Assembly: GCF_001194135.2 (NCBI RefSeq) | Contig: NC_068981.1 | Coordinates: 126,224,416-126,288,415, forward strand | DNA: 64,000 nt | Direction: 5' to 3' | From: Octopus bimaculoides | Taxonomy: Eukaryota | Part shown: one piece after another, positions 1 through 10,024 of the stretch | Layout of the letters: every line of letters starts with the position of its first letter | How positions within the stretch are numbered: position 1 is the stretch's first letter | Notes under the pieces: model-generated | Database searches by the model: none | Seen by the model: the letters and a program-made list of their open reading frames with translations, nothing else | What the model was told of the DNA's origin: nothing | Program-made: the position numbers and the translations under genes

Positions 1-22
1 TACAATATTAATTTACTAGAGT

Positions 23-236
23 AAGGGTAGTGAGCTGGCAGAATTGTTAGCATGCTGACCAAAATGGTTCGTGACATTTTATCTGTCATATTCTGAGTTC
101 AGATTTTGCTGAAGTTGACTTTACCTTTCATTTTTTGGGAGTTGATAAAATAAGGACCAGTTGAGCATTTGGGTCAATGTAATTGACTGATCCCTTCCTC
201 TGAAATTGCTGGCTTTATGCCAGAATTTGAAATCAG
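23..236 (+). mobile_element. tRNA-derived SINE, family A
   Basis: A-box-like gctggcagaattgttag, B-box-like gagttcagatt, core gttgactttacctttcat..gttgataaaataaggaccagttg; multiple homologues in the window. Confidence 0.78.
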
Positions 237-530
237 TATTATTTTATTAGATTACAAATAAAAAAAAATGTAGTTTATAATGTTGGCTAGATACTTGACT
301 TCCAACAGTTCCATAACCTGAATTGTTCACAAGGAATCCTGGATTTATCTTTAAAGTACAAATCAATTGATAATATCTTTCCTATTTTACAACAAAACTT
401 CATAACTTGGAAAGAAATCATTGTGATTATCAAATCATTAAAAAAAAAACTTCTTTTCCTAGGTGCTAAGTATAGCAATGTAGTTGTAATATGGCTCTAA
501 GTTCAGTTCCATGTGCAAAGTCTGTTGTAT

Positions 531-575
<45 letters not shown>

Positions 576-940
576 CACATATTAGGGCTACCATTGGTTT
601 CATGTTCAGAAAAATATCTTAATATCTTAACAATTTTTCAAGCTGATCACATGGAGGAATGGTGTTTGTCTCCATTTTAGAGATGAACACTATTCCTCCA
701 TGTGAGTGACTTGAAAAATTAAGATGCTGAGATATTTTTATTAACATGAAACCAATAGTAGCCTTAATACACAAAAAAAAAATCTATCCACCAGTGTGGT
801 ATTGAGCACTCATTTTTGTTGTTTGACATTTACGTAAATATATATATATATACACATACATACATACATTCATACATATATACACATATATACATACATA
901 CATACATATACATACATATATACACATACATGCATATATG

Positions 941-1002
<62 letters not shown>

Positions 1003-1027
1003 AAATTAAGAGGAATGACCACGAAGA

Positions 1028-2013
1028 NNNNNNNNNNNNNNNNNNNNNNNNNNNNNNNNNNNNNNNNNNNNNNNNNNNNNNNNNNNNNNNNNNNNNNNNN
1101 NNNNNNNNNNNNNNNNNNNNNNNNNNNNNNNNNNNNNNNNNNNNNNNNNNNNNNNNNNNNNNNNNNNNNNNNNNNNNNNNNNNNNNNNNNNNNNNNNNNN
1201 NNNNNNNNNNNNNNNNNNNNNNNNNNNNNNNNNNNNNNNNNNNNNNNNNNNNNNNNNNNNNNNNNNNNNNNNNNNNNNNNNNNNNNNNNNNNNNNNNNNN
1301 NNNNNNNNNNNNNNNNNNNNNNNNNNNNNNNNNNNNNNNNNNNNNNNNNNNNNNNNNNNNNNNNNNNNNNNNNNNNNNNNNNNNNNNNNNNNNNNNNNNN
1401 NNNNNNNNNNNNNNNNNNNNNNNNNNNNNNNNNNNNNNNNNNNNNNNNNNNNNNNNNNNNNNNNNNNNNNNNNNNNNNNNNNNNNNNNNNNNNNNNNNNN
1501 NNNNNNNNNNNNNNNNNNNNNNNNNNNNNNNNNNNNNNNNNNNNNNNNNNNNNNNNNNNNNNNNNNNNNNNNNNNNNNNNNNNNNNNNNNNNNNNNNNNN
1601 NNNNNNNNNNNNNNNNNNNNNNNNNNNNNNNNNNNNNNNNNNNNNNNNNNNNNNNNNNNNNNNNNNNNNNNNNNNNNNNNNNNNNNNNNNNNNNNNNNNN
1701 NNNNNNNNNNNNNNNNNNNNNNNNNNNNNNNNNNNNNNNNNNNNNNNNNNNNNNNNNNNNNNNNNNNNNNNNNNNNNNNNNNNNNNNNNNNNNNNNNNNN
1801 NNNNNNNNNNNNNNNNNNNNNNNNNNNNNNNNNNNNNNNNNNNNNNNNNNNNNNNNNNNNNNNNNNNNNNNNNNNNNNNNNNNNNNNNNNNNNNNNNNNN
1901 NNNNNNNNNNNNNNNNNNNNNNNNNNNNNNNNNNNNNNNNNNNNNNNNNNNNNNNNNNNNNNNNNNNNNNNNNNNNNNNNNNNNNNNNNNNNNNNNNNNN
2001 NNNNNNNNNNNNN
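1028..2013. other. Assembly gap (one of 11 N-runs)
   Basis: Other gaps: 5124-5494, 8012-8111, 23876-24179, 27094-27884, 28480-28866, 30617-31209, 32183-32429, 36350-36904, 40583-40687, 45923-45932. Most abut microsatellites or poly-T. Confidence 0.98.
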
Positions 2014-2124
2014 CACACACACACACACACACACACATTGTATGTGTTGTATAATGTATATTTTATGTATTGTTTCTTCATTTCAATATCCATCTGGAAT
2101 TCTTTCTCAGGCTATGTTTTTCCA

Positions 2125-2155
<31 letters not shown>

Positions 2156-2171
2156 ATTATATATATAATAT

Positions 2172-2805
2172 GTTGTGCTTGAGGATACCCGGCAAGCCAA
2201 GTGAGACCATAACCCGTGGCCTATGCCAGTGGTGTAACCAGCCCACTTATGCGTACCTTTCCCTCATTGGACACTAAACTCTGCTTGCAAAGACCTGTTG
2301 AGGCAGGTGAAATCGAAATCAAATTCAATGACAGCACCGCTTGACTGGCATCAGTGCTAGTGGAGCACTAAGAGCACCACCCGAGCGTGATTGTTGCCAG
2401 GGCTGCTGACTGGCTCCCGTGCTTGTGGCACGTAAAAAGCACCATTCGAGCGTGATCGTTACCAGCGTCGCTTTACTGGCACTTGTGTCAGTGGCACGTG
2501 AAAGACAACATTCGAGCGAGGTTGTTGCCAGTGCTGCTGGACTGGCTCCTGTGCAGGTGGCACGTAAAAAACACTATTTGAGCGTGGTCGTTGCCAGTAC
2601 CGCCTGACTGGCCGTCATGCCGGTAGCACGTAAAAGCACCTACTACACTCTTGGAGTGGTTGGCGTTAGGAAGGGCATCCAGCTGTAGAAACTCTGCCAG
2701 ATCAGATTGGAGCCTGGTGCAGCCATCTGGCTCGCCTGTCTTCAGTCAAACTGTCCAACCCATGCCAGCATGGAAAGTGGATGTTAAACGATGATGATAA
2801 TGATA
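2172..2805 (+). mobile_element. 3' end of an RTE LINE: last codons VLEDTRQAK*, long 3' UTR with four 65-66 bp tandem units, terminal hairpin, (GAT)n tail
   Basis: It shares its 3' terminus (tccaacccatgccagcatggaaa..gttaaacgatgatgat) with the RTE copy ending at 12925. Homologous copies lie at 12237-12422, 26535-26725, 31275-31476 (-), 43672-44108 and 63020-63290 (-). Confidence 0.8.
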
Positions 2806-2865
2806 CATACATATATATATATATTTATATATGTATATATATATGTATGTATATATATATATGTA

Positions 2866-2918
<53 letters not shown>

Positions 2919-3249
2919 ATGTGTGTGTGTATGTATATATATTTACAGAAAAACAAAAGATGAAGACATGTGTATAAAGAACAAGCAGGTGTATTAGTTT
3001 GATGCTCAGGAAGGTGAGGATGTCTTCTACGTTTCAAATATGTATATGAGAGGTATTGGTAACTAGGAGACCCAAAGAGTGGCAGGTAAACACTAAGTAA
3101 GTGCTAAAATATCCCAGAAACAGCTGTAAGACTATATATCTTTTTCATTATAAATGTCCTGAAAACTAATCACAGCCTTGGCTTTGTTATCTCATTTTGT
3201 CGAATACACACACATACATATATATATACATACTTATGTATATATCACA

Positions 3250-5090
3250 GTTGCATTCTCATTACACAACAAAAGCCATTGCCAAGAAGACTTACTGAAT
3301 TGATTCACCGTTGTTTCCATGTGATGCCCTTATATGACTTTTAAGTCCAGCCAAGCTTTTACACATTTTATTACATACTAGACAACTGTGCTGGCTGGCA
3401 GGAGAAACAGGTATCACCATATGCACTCTCTTAACATGTCTTTTTAGACCTCCAACTGAGAGGCACACTCTTCTACATTTTACACACGTTCTGTTATGAA
3501 TTTTAATAGCCACAGCATTGTTTATCATGGGTCAATTTCTATGAGAATTTTGATGGCTCACCAGGCCTGCAGAACTCAAACACCTCCTCCCACAAACCAC
3601 ACATGTAAAAAGCAACGCTCTCTCACTTTCCACAGGTTCCCCCCTTCTAAGCCCCTCTTAATTCTCTCATACTTCACTCTCTCCCTCTCAAACCTTGAAC
3701 AACCATCATGCACTATCTTCCTCCAGCCATCATGGTCTTGTGCCTCCCTCTACCAATTACTAGCTGCAATTCATGTCTGTATTAGAGCATTTTAAGGCAA
3801 TCCTTAAACCTTAGTTTAGTCTTATGCACTGGTCTCCTGCCATCTTCCAGCTCACCATACAATAGCTGTTTGGGTAGTCGCTCATCACTCATCCTTACCA
3901 AATGTCCTCCCCCCCACACCTCAACCGTCTTTCCAAAAGCACTACTAGCCCTGCTGATTCTGTATGAAATTTCATCATCAAGACCAGCAGTGCTCAAGGT
4001 ACTTCCTAAATAAATAAATCTAGGTACAGTCTCCAGCCTTTGACCATTCACAGTTATAAAAGGTTCCACATACATCTTTGAGGGAGCAGGCTGGTACATT
4101 ATAGCATTTTTTTCTAGATTGATTGTTAGACCCAATGCTGCACATGCTGCAGAAATGGCATTCACCATGTGCTGCGTATCTTTCTGAGAATGTGCCAATA
4201 GGTCACAATCATCTGCGTACAAAAACTTAACAAGGTGAGAATGCAGAACTTTCGTTTTGGCACAGAGTCTTTTGAGATTGAACAGTTTTTCTGTTGTCCT
4301 ATATCTTACAGAGACCCCTTCAGGGCAATCTTTAAAAGCTATTTCAAAGACTATCGTGAAGTATATAACAGTGTAGGAGCAGGAATGTCATCTTGCTTTA
4401 CACCATTTTCTACAGAAATCGGATCTGATAAAGTACCTCCAACATTAACTTTCACTTCCATCTTGTCATGAAATTGTCTAAGCATTCTCACAAATTTTTC
4501 AGGGCATCCTAGATTTTTTGGAATCTCCCAAAGTGTAAATCTATTGATAGAATCAAATGCTTTTGTTAGGTCAATGAAAACCTGGTATAAGTCCATATCC
4601 TGTTCAATGCACTTCTCTTGCAACTGTCTAGTCGAAAATATCATATCCATAGTACTCCTACTATCCCTAAACCCACATTGCGATTCTGGTAGAACCTCAT
4701 CAGCAATGTGCAGAAGCAATCTATCCAGCATTACCCTACAGAGGACCTTTCTAGCAACAGCTAACAGACAGATGCCATGATAATTATCACAGACATCCTT
4801 TCCATCTTTAGATTTATATAGTATCTCCATAGTTGCATCACGCCAATCCGGAGGAACCTCTTCACTTTGCCAAACCCTCTGAATCACATCCATCAACATT
4901 GCACAAAGATGATCACCACCATATTTATATATTTCTGCACCTACTCTATCCATACCAGGGACCTTTCCATTGTTCAATTTCCTGATTGCTGCTTTTATTT
5001 CAGCCAGGTTTGGAACTTCTGCTATAAGATGTTTTATTGGTCTCTTGGGTATATTATCAAGAAAAAAAGAGATCATCTTCAGTGGGTCTG
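3250..5090 (-). mobile_element. 5'-truncated RTE-clade (BovB-like) LINE: RT domain plus three C-terminal C2H2 zinc fingers; degenerate
   Basis: RT motifs YHGICLL, LPESQCGFR, FIDLTKAFDS, GVKQ and YADD (4208-4219), then GRRPVHKTKLRFKDCLK and three CxxC-x12-H-x3/4-H units at 3603-3316. It has frameshifts and an apparent internal deletion near 3920, and it runs into a (CA)n tract and gap on its 5' side. Confidence 0.93.
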
Positions 5091-7980
5091 TATATATGCA
5101 TACATACCTACACACACACACACANNNNNNNNNNNNNNNNNNNNNNNNNNNNNNNNNNNNNNNNNNNNNNNNNNNNNNNNNNNNNNNNNNNNNNNNNNNN
5201 NNNNNNNNNNNNNNNNNNNNNNNNNNNNNNNNNNNNNNNNNNNNNNNNNNNNNNNNNNNNNNNNNNNNNNNNNNNNNNNNNNNNNNNNNNNNNNNNNNNN
5301 NNNNNNNNNNNNNNNNNNNNNNNNNNNNNNNNNNNNNNNNNNNNNNNNNNNNNNNNNNNNNNNNNNNNNNNNNNNNNNNNNNNNNNNNNNNNNNNNNNNN
5401 NNNNNNNNNNNNNNNNNNNNNNNNNNNNNNNNNNNNNNNNNNNNNNNNNNNNNNNNNNNNNNNNNNNNNNNNNNNNNNNNNNNNNNNNNNNNNNATATAT
5501 ATAAATTTATTGTGGTTAGTATATAATTTATAATATGTACGCTACAGTGAGTAAACAAATGTAAATATGTGTGAGGAGGATAGCTAGAAGAATTTACATC
5601 TGTTTACTTTCTACAGTGTTGGCATTGTAGATTGCAGGCTAACTCTTATTGATCTTAGATTTTCTAATACATGGTGTTTGTGCAAAATATATATATATAA
5701 TTTGTGTGTATCTGTGTTTCTGTTGTTTCCTTTTATGCTCTGTAACTTTGTATTTTGACAAATATGTATTGATAAAATAAGTACCAAGCTGATATAGATA
5801 CTTGGGTTAATATGATCAACTGAACTCTTGGAGGTTTGTACCTTTGCATTGCTTCATGCAGTCCAGTGACCGAAACCAATAAGAGAGCATAAGAATATAT
5901 GTAGGACAGGTTGCTTTTCATATTAATTGTTTAACTGGTGGTTAAGCTTTAAATCATGTTAGTCCTGTTGCTTCATGTGTTACCTTGGACACAAAGGTGA
6001 AAAAGCTGAGAATGAGTTCAAACGTTTTGTGTATTTAAAATGTTGCACTTAATTGTATATGTCTTAGTTCATCCTAGCTTTTGGGAAATAGGTCTGAAAT
6101 CATCTCAGAATGTTACTATAGATTGATCAGTGTTCTATCCAGAGGATGTTTTCTGCTAGATATTTGTCCAAGTCTTATCAACCTGCTGTGGTTTTAGACA
6201 TCGACAAATTATATGTAATCTTATGCAGACCCTCACACCTTCTCTCAGTTAATGTTATTTTGTATTACAAATATATGGTATGATTATTTTATCTCTTACA
6301 AACAAATCTATGGCTCTTTGCCTGACATTGAATAAGCAGGATCATTTGGTTCACTTTAATAAAAAGGCAGTCATACACCAATTGTTATCACTTAATTTTG
6401 TTAATTTCAAATTAATTATATTGTCAACATCCTGTTTCTGTTGGACAAAAATTGAGAAAACTAAATAGAAGTGGAAAGACAAACTCATAAATATACCTAA
6501 AAATATTCATCTACAAAGCTTGCTAGATAGAATGATGCAATACATATTGACTTTGCCGAATACATTGATAGCTTCTGTGTTATGAACTTGAACGAACCAA
6601 GAATTAAAATTAGACTGCAGTTTCAGTATGTTAAGAATTTACTTCTTACTCTAAAATATTCACCTATTTTGGAGTGCCTATCTGAAATGGCAGTGATAGG
6701 TTGAACCTTACAATTGTTAGCTATAGTCATTTTTCAGATTCGGTGATAAATCTCCATGGGAAATCAGTATGTTCTTGATATGGCTGTAACTTAGATTTCA
6801 GTATACAGTTGTTCTTACTTATCCTTAAGTCAGCCATGATACCTAGATCTAAGATAATGGCAGGACTACATTGTCTAAGCATGTCTTTCTTTTCTTAAGG
6901 TAGTAGGGTGTGATTAAGGGATATTTGGTTGTTTTTAGCTAGTCAAGTAGCCATAGAGAGGCTCTCTGGTTGGCTCCTTTTGTCACCATAGTTGTTTGAG
7001 AAAATGTAGCAAAACAAAAAGCTAAATGTATCCAGTTTCCTATTGTTTTCTAACCCTTTAAGCTAAGACTTATTTTGGATCTTTAGATGTTTAAGAAATA
7101 TTTCATAGTTAGGGGTTTAAAGAGTTTTAATACTGTGGAAAACATTTTTGTTATATATGAAGGAGGATCAAGATTTGAGTAGCTAATGATTCAAGAGTCC
7201 TATACTTTATATCTACTTCAATGCTATGTTTAAATATAAACATGTATTTGTTGTTGTTCAGTTGGTGCATTCAGTCTAATATAATTAAGGTTTCCGAGTA
7301 GTTAGCATTTTCTTTTAACATCTTTTTCTAATACTTGTTAATTCTGACTTTTTTGACGTTACCATTCAGATAATAAGATATTTTAGCTACAAAATATTTT
7401 AACTACAAGACACTAATAGAAAGATGTCTCCTGAATAGGGCTTGAAAACTTTGACTGACTGCCTGTGCAGCCAGTGCATTGTTAGCGTAAATTCCAGCTT
7501 TGTGGAGAGCTCAAGTGTTTGTCTTGATGAAGGCAAGAATCTAGTGTTATGCAGATATAAGTCGATTGTCTGGTATCTTTATCAAAGAAATAGCAAAACC
7601 CAAAGTTAATGCTGTATTATTAATAGCATTGGAATCTTAAATTGATGTTATACAAGGAGTAGTTATTCTCAATTATTTTTTAAAAAATCATTCTTGCTTT
7701 GCTATTTATGTTGTCAGCATTCACTATTTCTGTCTTGTTTTAAAATATCTTTTTTTTGTAATGTTTCTAATTCAATACAGTCCTTTTTTCCTTATTCTTA
7801 ATTTATTTCCTATCATTATTAACAATAATAATGATAATTATATATTTTTTTGAGGTGTATAATGAAGATAAAATTAAACTTCCGATTATTTTGCAATTGT
7901 ATAACTGCTTGTATATATGTTACTATTTGCCTATTTTTCCCTTTTAATCAGTGTCCATGTATCTTAACACAACATATGGG

Positions 7981-8011
<31 letters not shown>

Positions 8012-9918
8012 NNNNNNNNNNNNNNNNNNNNNNNNNNNNNNNNNNNNNNNNNNNNNNNNNNNNNNNNNNNNNNNNNNNNNNNNNNNNNNNNNNNNNNNNN
8101 NNNNNNNNNNNTTTTTTTTTTTTTTTCAGAGTTCTGTTCACTACTTTACTTATTATTTTCTAAATGTAGCCTCTCCATTACCTGATTTCTGCTTTGTCTC
8201 CTCCCCAATATAATTGATATACTTCTATAATAATGATTAAAATTCTAGTGGGGTACAAAATCACTAATGACTTTGCTTCTTTTGCCAATGATAATATCTA
8301 ATATTTGATTGCAACTTCCTTTAGTTAAGTCAGTACATTACATTATTCCTTATGGAATTGGGCCACTTTAATGTATTTAAATATTTTCTTCTGGCTTTTG
8401 GGAAAAGCAAAACAAAAGTCAATGAATTGCACAGAAAATAATAATAAATGCATAAATAAAAAGTATTCAATTGAATTGAGTGATGGTGAGGTATATGGCA
8501 TACATCAAATTATTGATTGATTTTTATCATTGGCATGTACTCTTCTGGGAAGAATCATTTTTGATTAGAAAGATTTGGTTGCTATGATTCTTCCGTTCCA
8601 ATCAATATTATATTCGGCTTTGGATGTTTGAAAGTTTCTATTAATCTCTCTCATTTCTCTTTGTAACCATTTATTCTAATGTAAGTATTTTAGTTCTGAA
8701 AATATTGTCTAATAAAATTATCAGGCAACTATTTATTTATATATTCTTTTTGGCTCATCAGCTTTAACTCACCAATAACACCAATTATATTTGATCAACC
8801 CAATTCCTTCTAATATATTTTTCTAGAAGCAGGAGCTTATAGTTCTTGTATACAATAATTTGTATCTCTCAACAATAAAAAATAGATTAAAAAAATTAAA
8901 TTTCAAAATACTTATTTTAACAAATACTGTTATTTATATCAAAATATTTTTATTGCTTTGCATTTGCTGACATGAATATATGCCCATGACTTTTGTCTCA
9001 TGTTTTATTCCATTTTCATTAACTAAAGTATACAAAGTTATGGTGTAAGCGTAAATGGAATAGTTCTTCAATAACAATTTTCATTGAACAAATTTCAATT
9101 AATATAGTTAAGGTTGATTGAAAATATATTAAAGAACATTATTGCTTTTACAAGCATTCAAACTGAACCATCTGCCTGTAAAGTCTATGCAGTTGTCTGT
9201 ATTTGTTAGATTTTCAATTCTTGATTGTTGCTGTCTTAAACTAGTTTTCTGTTGGAAATCTAAATTATTGTATACAAGTTAAATTTAATATACATTGTAA
9301 AGTTTGAATATCAGCTGAGCTTCTCAGAGCAGCTTTCTTGTATTGAGTTGGAGACTTTTGTGTGTAGGTATGTATTATCTTGACTAAAATTGTTTAATTT
9401 TGTGTCTTCAGCATAAACTATATTAAACATTAATAAATATTGATTTCTTTTCAACACGAATAATAGTAAAAAGGAAAAAAAGTCATTTAGTAGTCTGATA
9501 TATTTCCTGTGATTAAACAATTTAAAAGCATTAAACAATTTGGAAAATAACAATAAAAAATTTACCTCATTATTTAAAACAATTTAAATTACATTGTTCT
9601 TTTTACTTTTTACTCAATAATAAATTTTGTTTTCTGCAAGATAATATGCCAATGCAAAGTCTCTTCCTCCTAATTATTCATTTTTAAACATCATTAACTT
9701 AATGATATTCACTCTGTTTGTCTTTTGCTTACTACTCTTTTTTTTTTTTTCAGGATAAAATTTACATTATTATTTTCATTTTAATATTGAATGAATGTGT
9801 TATCAAAATAAACTCTGTTCTTATTACTAGGGACTATTATTCCTTTCTTCAGTTGTTTAATGTCTTTTCACTCCTTAGAAGTATCTTAATTCATAGTTGT
9901 TATTGTTTACCTTCTTAG

Positions 9919-10024
9919 CTGGTGAGATTACTACAGGTCGCTCAAGTTCTGCACCATCATCTGGAAGAAGACGTCCAGCAGCCTTAGATTGCTACCCAAG
10001 TTCAGCTCTTAGGCAGCCTGATGG
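9919..10024 (+). CDS. MAP2K7: MAP2K7 exon, N-terminal region ((x)[34 protein letters not shown](G))
   Basis: cttcttag acceptor and gg|gtaagt donor. The frame is open, and the phase-2 end joins the 1-nt start of the next exon. It contains a basic-plus-hydrophobic docking-site-like motif. Sequence is poorly conserved, so the assignment rests on splice signals and phase. Confidence 0.75.

Noticed and set aside
784-2277. Long ORFs of 150-420 aa in the track here and at 4867-5558, 23834-24318, 26977-27928, 28312-28929, 30469-31326 and 36116-37028
   Set aside because: They are artefacts of N-runs (X residues) and dinucleotide repeats (YIYI, CVCV, HTHT), not proteins.
2382-2640. CRISPR-like array or tRNA cluster
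   Set aside because: The units are contiguous with no unique spacers, they lie inside a retroelement end in a eukaryotic genome, there are no cas genes, and they form no cloverleaf.
3292-3528. Stand-alone host C2H2 zinc-finger gene
   Set aside because: It is colinear with, and in the same orientation as, the RT ORF, and it has no splice signals, so it is the retroelement C-terminus.
8112-8213. Strong acceptor-like poly-T-CAG as a possible upstream MAP2K7 exon (also 9737-9752)
   Set aside because: No good downstream donor, frames close quickly, and there is no resemblance to MKK7 N-termini.
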